NCBI RefSeq assembly: GCF_963921235.1
Contig: NC_086097.1
Coordinates: forward strand, 76,944,001-77,008,000
Length of the DNA: 64,000 bases
DNA from: Mobula hypostoma
Taxonomy: Eukaryota
Direction: 5' to 3'
Part shown: piece after piece, positions 1 through 12,561 of the stretch
Layout: each line of letters opens with the position of its first letter
Numbering within the stretch: the first letter of the stretch is position 1
Program-made: the position numbers and the translations under genes
The notes under the pieces: generated by a model
Told to the model about the DNA's origin: nothing
Seen by the model: the letters and a program-made list of their open reading frames with translations, nothing else
Database searches by the model: none

Positions 1-872
1 GGGATGCAATATATGATGTGGTGATGTGATGACGTACACCACTCACGTACTTCTTACATAAAACCCACAATGAATTATGTTATCAGCAAGGAATGCTTAA
101 TCAAACAATATACAATATTTACAATATTACTCAAATTTTACTGAAATATTAAATACACTTTGTTATCTAGTTCATTAGCTTGTATCTTCATTGAGAGTAC
201 CAGGAAGAAGTGCTTGTAAAGCTTTAAAGTGACAAGAACCTCTTGCATGTGAACCAATATTAACCTCAGTGTAATATAAATAGAGGTAACATTTAAAAGA
301 ACCATCCTGCTCTGCACCAACAGAATGACATTGATCACTCCTTTCATTGGCAGTTGCTTGCCGTGTTTTTGAGGGTTCCATGGGGTACCTGTGAATGCTG
401 TGAGCACCATTGAGCTTCTTAAATAAAATTCAACAGTCATTAGATAGCAGAGAACATAAATAAAATTCAAACAAGCTTCAGAAATCAAAATGTGGACTTT
501 AAAGCAGTAATTATCATTAATGTATCTTTTAAAATTCAATTTGCTCTCGAATGCAGTAGTCATACGTTCTGAGTTCTTTTAGTGGAAGACTTGAGATGAA
601 ATATCCCAAGCACCTTCCTTAACACAATGCATTCTTGTAGAAGAGCAAGGTTTTTCTGAGAACCCTTGAAATTCCCACATGGGGCTGTATATATGTATAA
701 GCCAAGGATTGCTGTCAGACTCCATTGCAATGAGCACATTCTGAAAGCTTGTACATTAGGATGTGTTCCTTTATCCCAGAATTTTCTAGTCAATCCACAT
801 TTTATTAATGGCATGCATTGTTTTTCCAGTAAATCGGAACCAATATTAAGGAAGTAAATATGTTTTTTTAAG

Positions 873-985
873 GTGGAGCAGCCATTGCGGTCAAAGAAGA
901 CAGGGTGGCATAAACTTATGTCCAAACAACGCAAACGAGCTGTGGTTGCCTGCTTCCGGATGGCACCACTTTATAACCTTCCCAG
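873..985 (+). CDS. RYR3: RYR3 exon, calmodulin-binding segment ([38 protein letters not shown])
   Basis: ttttttaag acceptor, gtaga donor, 113 nt, phase 0 to 2; matches the RyR CaM-binding motif [19 protein letters not shown]. Confidence 0.96.
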
Positions 986-1650
986 GTAGAAGTAATGCTG
1001 TGTTTTGCATGTAAAGAAGAAAATTATATTTAAACAATCATTTCTATTTATTCTTTATCTCACTTAGCTACTTTCTTGAATTTTATTTTCCAGTTCAAAG
1101 TTGTTTTTTGATAAAGCTGTTGATATATTAACAATCACTCCCAAACTTCATTTCCAAGCTTCAGCTTCCAAGCTGCATGCACTGTTCCAGAAGAATACTG
1201 GAACTCTCTACCATTTGGACTAGAACATCTACAGTAATTTTCCCTGTTAGCATTTCTTCTTCCTTTCTTGTAAGAGAGTACCTCATTTCAATTTGGAGCC
1301 CCAGTTCTGCTTAGGGTTGGGGCAAGAATGTCAAGTCAGAAATCACAGTGCAAACCTATACCTTTTAAGTTCCCTAACTTCACTTGACAAGCTACATTTA
1401 TATTTAATTAACGAAGTTTATGAAGCCAGTCAAAAATCATGTCTGTTGATCACGCTTTACAGAATATATATGCAGTTTTGTCTTTGGCAATCAATAATGT
1501 ACATGCTTAAGAAAAACCATTTTAATGCAATGAACTAGTTGCAGAAACCATGCTTTAATTCACACTACATGGAGAATTATCCCACAGATAATTTAGAAAA
1601 ATCTGTGCTTTTAAATTGATCAATGCAAAACATGTATCCCTTTTCTTTAG

Positions 1651-1750
1651 ACACAAAATTAACATTTACTTCCTGAACGCCTATCAACATCTGTGGCTGG
1701 AAAAACTATATAAGAAAACTGACTTTGAGAATCTTATCGTCTGTTTGGCG
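1651..1750 (+). CDS. RYR3: RYR3 alternative exon A (R-HKINIYFLNAYQHLWLEKLYKKTDFENLIVCLA), mutually exclusive with 3171-3267
   Basis: ccttttctttag acceptor, gtaaag donor, 100 nt, open frame, same phase 2 to 0 as exon B, and aligns to it (H..N..FL..Y...W.E......E.LI..LA). Confidence 0.85.
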
Positions 1751-1906
1751 GTAAAGTAACATTTGATTGATAGACACTGCTTCCTACCCTGTGCAATCAT
1801 TTCTCTTGCCACACCAACCATCTTCAATTTGTACAGTAAACCTTACAGAATCTGATTGGTCAATCCATCAACCAAAACTTTCAGCAATCTTGCATGAAGA
1901 AAGATA

Positions 1907-2469
1907 CACACAGTGGCTATTTTATTAGGTACACCTGTACACCTTGTTAATGCAAATATCCAATCAGACAATCAAATGGCAGCAATGCAATGCACAAAAG
2001 CATGCAGACATGGTCAAGACGGTTTAGCTATTGTTCAGAACAAACATCAGAACAGGGAAGTAAAGTGACCTAAGTGACTTTGACTGTGGAATGAATGTTG
2101 GTACCAGACAGGGTGGTTTGAGTATCTCAGAGACTAGCTGTCTCCTGGGATTTTCACGTACAACAGTCTCTAGAGTTTACAGAGAACAGTGTGGAAAAAC
2201 AAAAGTCATCCAGTGAGCGGCTGTCCTATGGGTGAAAATGCCTTATTAATCAGAGAGGTTGGAGGAGAATGGCTAGTTTCATTCAGGATGATAGGAAGGC
2301 AATGGTAACTCAAATAACCTTGCGTTGCAACAGTCAAGTGCAGCAGAGCGTCTCTGAACGAACATCACATCAAACCTGGAAATGGGGGGACTGAAGATCA
2401 CACTGAGTTCCACTTCGGTGACCACTTTAATAGGTACATTTGTGTACCTACTAAAATGGCCACTGAACA
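1907..2469 (+). mobile_element. Non-autonomous Tc1/mariner element
   Basis: About 28-bp imperfect TIRs (CAGTGGCTATTTTATTAGGTACAC / GTGTACCTACTAAAATGGCCACTG) with flanking TA. Interior encodes a decayed Tc1 transposase N-terminus (DLSDFD.G..VG.R..GLSISET..LLGFSRTTVSRVYRE). Confidence 0.85.
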
Positions 2470-3170
2470 TATAAAAAATAGCATATTAATCTTTAAAGGC
2501 ATCATAAATGCACATTATGTTTTTCTCTTGTAAAGTTAATACACTTCAAGAGGCGCTGCATTTCTGTGTTACAGCACATGAGGACAAAGGATTCTAACCA
2601 ATTATAACCAGTGGAGTGTTAACTTCCATTGTCATCTGAAATTTTATGCTATTACTTTCACAGAGAAGTTGAGGATGCATCAGCAATATTTCTTGTGAGA
2701 TACTGGAAGAAGGATGGAGGGTGGGGAGGAACAAATTTAAGCAGACCTTCAAGATTCAAGAATCCTTTTGCTAGCTGTTACCAATACTTGGGCTAACTAC
2801 AGTGTAGTCCAAAATTGTACTTAAAACAAGTGAACCCGATGACATGTGTAACTAACCATAACAGCGAATGCCTGTTACGATGAAACAGCGTTCATCCTAT
2901 TTCTGTCTCCTTGTTTTTTTCTTTCATTTCAGTTGCACACGAACATTAAAACTCTTGAGAACCATTTTATACGCCATTCATACTTTAGTTAGCACTGTCA
3001 TGATATATAATCTTGGTACACCATTGACCAATCAGAGAGCTGAAGTTGTACAAATCTCTACTAATAGACTTATACTGTTATTTCAATTAATAAGAGTCTC
3101 CCTTAATCTACTAAAAGATGTCTCTCACCTCCCACTCCTCCCAATCTTACTATACCCTCCCGCTTCCTAG

Positions 3171-3267
3171 GCATCGTGCTGTTAATCTCTTCCTTCAGAG
3201 TTATCTGAAATCATGGATAGAGACAGAGGAGTACTCTTTTGAGGAGAAACTAATTGAGGATTTAGCT
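3171..3267 (+). CDS. RYR3: RYR3 alternative exon B (R-HRAVNLFLQSYLKSWIETEEYSFEEKLIEDLA), canonical RyR-like version
   Basis: Long C/T tract ending cttcctag, gtaagt donor, 97 nt, phase 2 to 0. Confidence 0.95.
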
Positions 3268-4139
3268 GTAAGTACTGGCCCCTGTGCAACTGGTTTCTAC
3301 CTTTAGCACAAGTGGCCATGCTGCATTCTGCAAGTAGTGCTGTTGCCAAGCTGTCTACAACCTGTGCACCTTTCTCTGTCAATTCTAAAAGGTTGGTTTG
3401 GGGGTAGTTGTTTTCCCTTGATGCTTTGCATTGGAAATTGGAATGAAAACTTGGCTACTGTGAATGGTAGGTACTTTTTGAGCTGAGTAAGATGGACTGG
3501 CTTTTGCATTCATCAGCTTGAACTTGGCACTGAATCTGAAATAACACATTGTGGAAGTAATAATTTGGTGATAGTTGTCTGCAAGAATTGATTATTCTGG
3601 AGTAACAATACTTTAAATAAATTGAAAGGATTTTTTTTTTGTGAGTGAGATTTGATCTGTATTCCTAAACTAGAAACTGAATGCTATTTATAATTTAGTT
3701 TCTACTCAGAATATTTTTTTTATATTTTAAGTATTACTTTCACCTCTTTCTCCATTAAAAATGATCTAGCCCAGCAGATGGCAACTGACCTACTTCTATA
3801 CCAAGGCCAATGTTCACTGCAACTGGTTCCCATTACATACTGAAGAGTTGCAGACAGTAATTGTGAACAAGTCTTCTGCCCTTCCCAGGGTAGAAGTATG
3901 TCAGTTTCCTTTTGAAAGAATGGACAATTGACAGAGCTCCAAACCCTCAATGTCTGGGTGGTGGAGCAGTGTCATTAGCCACTAACCTTTGTTTCTCATT
4001 GGATGAGAGAGGATCCATGGCTACAATGTTGATATGCACTGGAGAGCTATTGCTGCATGCTTAATTATGAAATGATACATTGCTGAGTGTGTTACAAGGC
4101 TTCAAAGTAACCCAGAACATGAAGACGGCGGGGGGGGGG

Positions 4140-4670
4140 GGGGCAGGAGTTAACCTATTTGGCCCCTTGCTTCACCTCCATTGTGCAATAATGTGATGGC
4201 TAATATTCCACCTCAAGGACATTTTCCTGCCCCATCCTCTTATCTCCTGCCTTCCCAACTGTCCAACAATCTATCCCTCATAGTTTTGTGAAGTTATTTT
4301 TTGAGCTACGTATCCCCACAGTGTAGAGAATTCCAAAGATTCACCATTCAGTCAGTGAAAACTTCACCTTATTTCAAATGTAGTGTAATTGGTTTACCTT
4401 GAATCTTGAAAGAATTCTGGATTCCATACCCAGGAGAAAGATCCTCCCTGCATCTAATCTTGATCCCTTGAGGTATTTTGTGTGTTCCAATGAGGTCATG
4501 CCTCGTTCTTCTAATAGTCTGAGCCTATTTAATCATTCTTCTTATGATACACTCACCATATCAGCAACCAGCCTAGTGTTTTTTTTTGCTGTACTCCTTA
4601 TTTAGCACATACTTTCTTATGATAAGGAGACCAAAATTGTCCAGATGCAGTTTCCTTAAGGTCCTGTGTA
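4140..4670 (-). mobile_element. Old, degenerate CR1 LINE 3' fragment
   Basis: Resembles the 3' ends of better-preserved minus-strand CR1 copies at 8604 and 26330 (by eye). Confidence 0.6.
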
Positions 4671-5659
4671 GAACGAGTTAAACATCTTGTCCCTATCACC
4701 TATCGTAAAACCTGGCAGTGCAGTATAGAATTTATAAAATCATCATTAACAGAGGTTATATAAGAGCCTTGTAACAAACTAATGGATACTAATTTTATTT
4801 TATATATAACTATGAAAACGTTAAATTGCATTGAATGTGAATGTGTTACTAGGTTATGCTTGCCTACGAACTTTAGTATGCTGATTATGAAAGGTATTAG
4901 GACACCGCTTTTGATAGCTAAAATTTTCAGTGTTGCATTTATTAAGTCCTACCATTATAATATATCTGACATTGATCAGTGTTTTTGATGCCTGGAATAC
5001 GAAATAACGCAAGAAAGATAGAACACTGACATACACTAAAATGAAAGATAAATTGAAACAGAAACAAAAAATGTTAAGGTAGTGACAGTTTATCCATAGT
5101 AGAGATATTACAGTATTCCCCTGTAGTGATGGTCTTCAGTGATAATTTAAGCCTTCTCTGCATTTCTGTGGTGAAAATAAGTGAACTTTTTATGGATGGA
5201 GTTGCATTATTAATATTGCTGATTTAAGTTGGTTTTATTGTCTTTTATGGCTTAGTTTCACTTCATCTGCTATTTGTATTTCAGCAGATAAGTAGTTCAA
5301 AGCCATGGTTCCTGGACAATGCTTAGTCTTTTATTAATACATGGCAGGATTGTTACTTGCCACTTAATGGCCAAATATTGACCATTCTAACTACTTCCTC
5401 TTGAAATACAATGACACCATTTTCACAGATCTTCATCCACATGTAGAAAGGCATCTTGATCAGCCACATAAATGCTATGGCTGCCAAAGGTATCTAATTA
5501 TTCATTAATGAGTTTTTCACTTCCTGACTCTCAATAGCGTTGACAGCACCAGCTAACTAAAAGCTGTTCATCAGTTTAGCATCTCGTACTCTGGTGCTTG
5601 CCACCAAACCTGCAGTATATGCCTCTACTTAATGCAGATGGAGTTTTAACAGAATCTGG

Positions 5660-6170
5660 ACAGACAGCATGAGTGTACAGGGAGTAGAGGAAGGGGGCTG
5701 AGGAAGTGACCGTGTGGAGTACCAATCTTTCGAATAATCATGATGGAGCTGTTGCTGCCTATCCTAATTGTGGTCTGTTGGTCAAAAAGTCAAGGATCTA
5801 GTTGCAGAGTGAGGCATTGACCCCCCCCCCCCAGGGACTGGAGTTTGGTGATAAGTTTCCTTTGAATAATAGTATTGAAGGCAGAACTAGAGAAAAATAA
5901 ACAGTAGTCTGATGTAGCTGTCTTTACTGTCCAGATGCTCCAGAGTTGAGTGTAAGGAAATTGCAGTGGGTATAGTTGTCTGGAAAGTTGGAACTGGTGC
6001 TTGTCATGGCCACTAAAAAAACTTCATAATGGTAGGTGTTAGAGCCACTGGGCATCAGTCATTAAAGCACCTTATCTTATTTTTCTTTGCTACCAATAGT
6101 AAAGTAGACGTCTTAAAATAGAGGGGACCACAGTCTGAAGCAGGGAGAAGTTAAAAATGTTTGTAATTGG
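5660..6170 (-). mobile_element. Degenerate Rex1/Babar-like LINE RT fragment
   Basis: Minus strand resembles the Rex1 RT region (FNTI...L..KL..LG....LCN.ILDFLTNRPQ). Confidence 0.6.
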
Positions 6171-6179
6171 CTACCCAGT

Positions 6180-7090
6180 TTGATAAGTCAGTTAAGAAGT
6201 CTTATGGCATGCTCGTCTCTATTAGTTGAGGCACCGAGTTCAAAAGTCAGAAAGTTATGTTGCAGTTTTATAAAACTCTAGTTAAGCCTCATCTGGAGTA
6301 TCGTATACGGTTCTTGTTGCCCCATTAAAGGGAGGATGTCGAGGTTTTGGAGAGGGTGCAGAACAGGTTTACCAGGATGCTGCCTGGATTAGAGGGCATG
6401 TGCTGTCATGAGAGGCTGGACAAACTTGGATTTTTTTTCTCTGGAGCAACGGAGGCTGAGGGGAGATCTGATAGAGATTGAGAAGATTATGAGAGGCATA
6501 GATAGAGTAAACAGACAGTTTTTTTTTCCCAGGAGCCTCGGGACCCACACCTATCAGGCTCTTGATTCAGAGAGGATACTTCACTCTCCCAACATGTCTA
6601 GGGACTCTTTATCTCATGTTCTTGATTTTTTTTTGGTTTTTTTTCTTTTTGTATTTGCGCAGTTTATTGTCTTTTGTACATTGGTTATTCATCTGTGTGC
6701 AGTTATTCATTGATTCTATTGTGGTTCTTTGAATTTACTGTGAATGTCTACAAGAAAACGAATCTTAGAGTAGTGTATAGTGACATACATATACTTTGAT
6801 AAAAAAATCTGCTCTGAACTTTGAAATGTCTAATAGTAGAGGGAATGCATTTAAGGTGAGAGGGGGTCATTTCAAATAAGATATGAGGAACAAGCTTTTT
6901 ACAGAGTGGTGTGTATCTGGAATGCAGAGTCTGGGTAGTGGTAGGGGCAGATACATTAGAAACTTTCAGGAGACTTTCAGATAGGCACATAAGTGTGAGA
7001 AAAATGAAAGTATATGGGCATTCTGTAGACGGAAGGGACTAGGTTACTAATTTAATTGGTTTGACACAATATTGTGGGCCCTTTGGCTAG
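6180..7090 (+). mobile_element. CR1 LINE 3' fragment interrupted at about 6531-6824 by a Rex1/Babar-like 3' end
   Basis: LYKTLVKPHLEY-like and FSLEQRRLRGDLIE segments of the CR1 ORF2 C-terminus. The CR1 sequence resumes at about 6825 after a TGAACTT-type tail. Confidence 0.8.
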
Positions 7091-7594
7091 GACCCACTGC
7101 TTTCCATGGGTTCACCCTCTGGAAAATGGATCTGACCCCCATGACAGTGTCTATAACTTCAGGTGTACTGGAAACTGTTGCCTCTGACCCTTCTCTGCCC
7201 ATATCTATAACTGATCTATACCCTGCTGTATTTTTGATAGTCCTTTACACTGTTCACAATTCTACCTATCTTGGTGTCATCTAGAAGCTTGCTAAACCAC
7301 CCATCTACATTTTCATAAGAATGTAGGGTTGCATATTTGGGAGAAATGCATATAATTCACAATGTACAAACCTCATCTGAGGACTGGCTGACAGGGTTTC
7401 CAATCCCACCATGGCAGTAAGTTAAATTCAAATGAATAAATAAATCTAGAATTAATAAGTTAGTTTTAAAAATGGTAATTAGAAATTTTTCGGATTGTTT
7501 AAGAACATTGTTAGTTCAAAATGGCCTTTAGGGAAGGAGATTTGCCATTGTAACTCCTCTGATCTTTCTCTCATCTGTGACACACATTTATATT

Positions 7595-8115
7595 AACAGC
7601 ACACACAAAAAACGCTGGTGAACGCAACAGGCCAGGCAGTATCTATAGGAAGAGGTACAGTCAACGTTTCGGGCCAAGACCCTTCGTCAGGATTAACTGA
7701 AAGAAGAGATAGTAAGAGATTTGAAAGTGGGAGGAGGAGGGGGAGATCCAAAATGATAGGAGAAGACAGGAGGGGGAAGTATGGAGCTAAGAGAGGATCA
7801 TCGGACAGGAGGCTTAGGGAGAACGATGATCCTCTCCCTTCTCCAGCCTTGTATCCCTTTTGCCAATCAACTTTCCTGCTCTTAGCTCCATCCCTCCTGC
7901 TCCTGTCTTCTCCTATCATTTCGGATCTCCCCCTCCCCCTCCCACTTTCAAATCTCTTGCTATCTCTTCTTTCAGTTAGTCCTGACGAAGGGTCTTGGCC
8001 CAAAACGTCGACTGTACCTCTTCCTATAGATGCTGCTTGGCCTGCTGCGTTCACCAGCGTTTTTTGCATGCATTGCTTGAATTTCCAGCATCTGCAGATT
8101 TCCTCGTGCTTGCGC
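7595..8115. mobile_element. Penelope-derived fold-back (palindromic) non-autonomous element
   Basis: The first about 200 nt are the reverse complement of about 7875-8070. The arms match the termini of the 40810-44000 Penelope, and each arm carries a hammerhead-like motif. Confidence 0.88.
7659..7694 (-). ncRNA. Minimal hammerhead ribozyme motif of the Penelope pLTR (core intact)
   Basis: Minus strand AATC-CTGACGA-AGGGTCTTGGCCC-GAAAC-GTT-GACT: CUGANGA and GAAA core, GGG/CCC stem II, NUH triplet. Confidence 0.65.
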
Positions 8116-8349
8116 ACAGTTTATATCGCTTGTTTCTCAACTGAAATGATAGACCTAACCATTCACTTCAAAGGCATGGACAAATGACCATTAGTACTGA
8201 GTTGTCAACAATATCCTGATCTCAAAAATGAATTTAAAACAAACATTCAAGACAGAGTAATTCATATGATGACAATAGAAAATTGAATGAACACTGGTCC
8301 ACATTTGTTTACATCAGTATTAATAATCTGGATAACAGTGTTCTTAACA

Positions 8350-11340
8350 TAGTTAGTGAGCCTGTGGATGATGCCAAACTTGGTGGTGTAGTATTCAGTT
8401 AAGAAGGTTAGCTAAGCTTACAACAGTATAGGTAGAAAAATCCCTGAAAATGGCAACACATGGTAGATGGAGAGTAAGGCGCTTGGCACACTTACCTTCA
8501 TCAGTCAGGGCTTGAGTACAGGGGTTAGGATGGATTGATCCAACTGTACATGTCGTTCATGATTCACATTGTGTTAGCCAACTATAGGAAGGATGTAATT
8601 AAGACCAGAAGACAGGAGCAGAATTAGGCCTCTCAGTCCATCAAGTTTGCTCTGCCATTCTATTATGGTTTGATTTATTATCCCTCTTAATCCTGTTCTC
8701 CTGCCTTCTCCCCATAACCTTTGATGCTCTGCTTAACTAAGAACCTATCTGCCTCACTTTACCTTGCCATTCACAACCAAATGTGGCAATGAACTCACCA
8801 CCGTCTGGCTAAATAAATTCCTTCTCATCTCTGTTCTAAATGTATATCCCTCTATTCCGCGACTATGCTCTTTAGTTCTAGTCTCGCCCACAGTACGGAA
8901 CATTCTGTCCACTCCCACTCTATCTAGGCTTTTCAATATCTGATAGGTTTCATAAGATCCTCCCTCATTCGTCTAAACTCTAGAGAGTACAGGCCGAGAG
9001 CCTCATATGTTAACCCTTTCATTCCCAGAATCCTTCAAATGAATCTGCTCTGGACCCTCCAGTGCCAGTGCACCTTTTCTTAGATAAGGGGTGCAAATTT
9101 GCTTTCAATACTCCAAGTGCAGTCTGAACAATGCATTATAAAGCATCACATCACTTATATTCTAGTCCTCTCGAAATGAATAATAATATTGCATTTGCCT
9201 TCCTCACCATTGACTTAACCTGCAAGTTAACCTTTTGGGAATCCTGTGCAAAGACTCCCAAGTCCCCTTGCACCTCTGATTTCTGAATTTTCCTACCATT
9301 TACAAAATAGTCTATACCTTTATTCCTTCTACTAAAGTGTATGACCATACACTTTGCTACACTTTATTCCATCTGCTACTTCTTTGACCATTCTCCTAAT
9401 CTGTCCAAGTTCTTCTGCAGACTCCCTGCTTCCTCAAAGCTACCTGCCACTCTACCTATCTTCATATCATCTGCAAACTTGGAAACAAAGCCATCAATTC
9501 TGTCATTCAAATCGTTGGCATATAAGGTGAAAAGAAACGGTCCCAATACTGATCCTTGTGGAACACCACATCTCACTGGCAGCCAACCGGAAAAGATCAC
9601 CTTCTTTCCATCTCTCTGCCTCCTGCCAATCAGCTAAGCTATCTATGCTAGTACCTTTCCTGTAATACCATGGGCTCTCATCTTGTTAAGTAGTTTCACG
9701 TGCAGCACCTTGTCAAATGCCTTCTGAAAATCCAAGTAAACAACATCCACTGACTCTCCTTTGTCTATCCTGCCAGTTTTTCTTACCCTTAAAGAACTCC
9801 AACAGGCTTGTCAGGCAAGATTTCCCCTGAAACCATGATAACTTTGGCCTACTTTATCATTCGCCTCCAATTATCCCAAAACCTTATCCTTAGTAATGTA
9901 CTCCAACATCTTCCCAGCCACTGAAGTCAGGCTTACTGGCCTGTAAGTTCTTTTTTTCCTGTTCCCTCCTTTCTTGAAGAGTGGAGTGACATTTGCAATT
10001 TTCCAGTCCTCTGGAACCATTCCAGAATCTAGGGTTTCTTGAAAGATCATTACTAGTGCCTCCACAATCTCTTCAGCAACCTCTTTCAGAACCGGAGGAA
10101 TAGTTCATCTGGTCCAAGTTATTTATCTGCCTTCAGACCTTCCAGCTTCCCAGGCACTGTCTTTGTAACAACAGCTACACTCAGTTCTGCTTTCTGACAG
10201 TCTTGAATTTCTCGCATACTGCTAGTGAAGACTGATGCAAAATACTTATTAAGTTTGTCCAGCCATTTATTTGTCCCCCATTACTACCTCTCCAGCGTCA
10301 TTTTCCAGCAGCCCAATATCCACTCTTGCCTCTCTTTTACTCTTTATATATCTGAAAAATCTTTTGATATCCTCTTTGATATTATTGGCTAGCTTACCTT
10401 TATACTTTTCTTATGTTTTTTTTAGTTGCCTCCTGTTGGTTTTTGAAGGTTCCCAATCTAACTTCCTACTAATTTTTGCTATATTATATGCCCTCTCTGT
10501 TGCTTTTATTTTGGCTTTGACTTCCCTTTGTCAGCCACAGTTGCATCATCTTACCTTTAGCACATTACTACTTCTTTGGGATGTTTCTATCCAGCACCTT
10601 CTGAATTACTCCCAGAAACTCTGGCCATTGCTGTTCTGACATCATATCCCTGCTAGTGTTCCCTTTCAATTAACTTCAGCCAGCTCCTCTCTCATGCCTC
10701 TGTAATTCCCTTTACTCCACTGACTTTATCTCCTCCCTCAAACTGCAGGGTGAATTCAATCTTATTATGATCACTGCCTCCCAAGGGTTCCTTTACCGTA
10801 AGCTTGCCAATTAAATCTGATTCATTGCACAACATCCAATCCAGAATTAAGTTGAAAAGGGTGCAGAAATCTCCAATTGACCAAAAAAACAGGTGCGGAA
10901 AAGATTCATGGGAATGTTAGCAGGACTGGAGACTTAAATTATAAGAAGAGGCTGTATAGGCTGGGAGTTTTGTCCCTGAAGTATTGGGGCTTGACCTTAT
11001 AGAGGCATCATAGGGCATAGATAAGGCTAGTGGTCACAGTCTGTTCCCCAGGTAAGGGAGTCTAAAATTACCTGTGAGAAGGGAGAAATTTAAAAGGATC
11101 TGAGATGCAACTTTTTCACAGAGAGTGCTTGGTATGTGGAATGAGCTATCTGAAGAAGCTATGGAGCCAGGTGCAATTACAATGTTTAACAGACTTTCGG
11201 GCAGGTACAAGGATAGAAAAGGGTAAGCAGGATATGTGCCATACCCAAGCAAATGATACTAGCTCAGATAAACCTCTTGATCAGTATGAACACGTTGGGC
11301 CAAAGGGCCTTTTTCCCTGTTGTATGATTCTATGATTCGA
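8350..11340 (+). mobile_element. CR1 LINE 3' fragment (plus strand), split by the minus-strand CR1 at 8604-10844
   Basis: DDAKLGG and YRKDVIK-like sequence stops at about 8603 and resumes at about 10852 (LKRVQ). Ends in the ATTCTATGATTC CR1 tail. Confidence 0.7.
8604..10844 (-). mobile_element. CR1 LINE, 5'-truncated and decayed
   Basis: Minus ORFs give GVPQGSVLGP, FADD and VPEDWKIANVTPLFKKG. AATTAAG is duplicated at 8597-8603 and 10845-10851 (candidate TSD). Confidence 0.9.
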
Positions 11341-12561
11341 TTACATTCAATGTTTTATCATAAGGAGAGAAGGGTACTCGGCAAAAAAGTTAATGAATAT
11401 ATATTGAGCATATAAAGGAGAAGATAATGAGGCAAAGTCCAATTTATCAATGCATATCAATAATTGGGCCTCTTGCATCAACGTGACTTAAATGTCAAGT
11501 AGAAATGCAGCATAGTTGGTTCGATTGCTGAACATAATTGCAAGACAGCATGACACTACTGCAGGAAGCCACACACAACAGACCCGAACATGTCACGTTA
11601 CTCATGGCAATAGTAGGGTGACGAAACTGGGGGGTGGGGGAGGTGAGAATAGAATCTGTCACAGGAATTAAAGGGAGAAAAACGTGAGAGCAAAAGAATC
11701 CTCGGCTTCCTTGGAGAACCCAGATTCCTGTGACTCAAGGGAAGGTTAAAGAGAAGATACGATTGATTATGAAGTTGGAGCCTGATCTGTCTGTTTAAAA
11801 CGGAATGCTCCTGATGGAGTCTGGTGTCCCATTACTGAGATAAATATGCAGTCATGCAGAGTGGTGTGAGAAGCCAGTGTGCTGAGCTGTTCCTAATAAC
11901 CCAAGCCTGATTCCCAGCAGGGGGAAAAATTAAATATCTGACCTGAATAATATAAATACATTTCACCCCAGTGTTAGAGGGCTTGGCAACTACACACACA
12001 AGGATTTATTTCACGCCTTTTCCTGGCCTTTTGCCACAGGTCCAATGTTGACTGGACTCTGTAGGTGAAAATTTCTCAAGTTTTATCATAAACTATATGC
12101 AATAATGTTCTTTCCGCAACACTTCTCTGTTTCGTCAGCACTGTCAAAGTAATCTGTTTTTACTTTAACTAAACTACATTCATACCGTCTAATATACTGT
12201 ATGAGCATGCATTGTAGGTGACCTTTTCAAAATACCTTTCAAACTATTGAGATTTTATTTTACTCACTTTGAACCTCATGATAATCCTCTAATGTGCTTA
12301 ATGTATACACTAAAACACAGTAGATAGAAAGCCTATGATTGAAATCCTTTCTCTTTGTTTTTAGATGAAAAGCTAATACAAAACATTATGCTGTTTTGGC
12401 TTTCTTTTACTTACTTTGTTTTCATATTTCAAGTTAACACCATTGCTTAATAATTTTAAATAGATGCCAAACATGAGTGTTCTTGTAACAATATACACTA
12501 GCTTTAGTTTTTGAAGTTGTTGCAACGACTTAGACAAAAACAAACCTTTAAATGTGCTTAG

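Noticed and set aside
1..160. Possible end of a DNA transposon at the window edge
   Set aside because: The other terminus lies outside the window, so TIR and TSD cannot be verified.
7593..8187. Overlapping 174 and 189 aa ORFs on opposite strands with similar sequence
   Set aside because: Artefact of a palindromic, low-complexity purine/pyrimidine Penelope pLTR. The same peptide recurs at 40693 and 43614.
11585..12100. GC-richer block, possibly an LTR fragment or conserved non-coding element
   Set aside because: No TSD, termini, splice-compatible RyR frame or second copy found. Not supportable without alignment.
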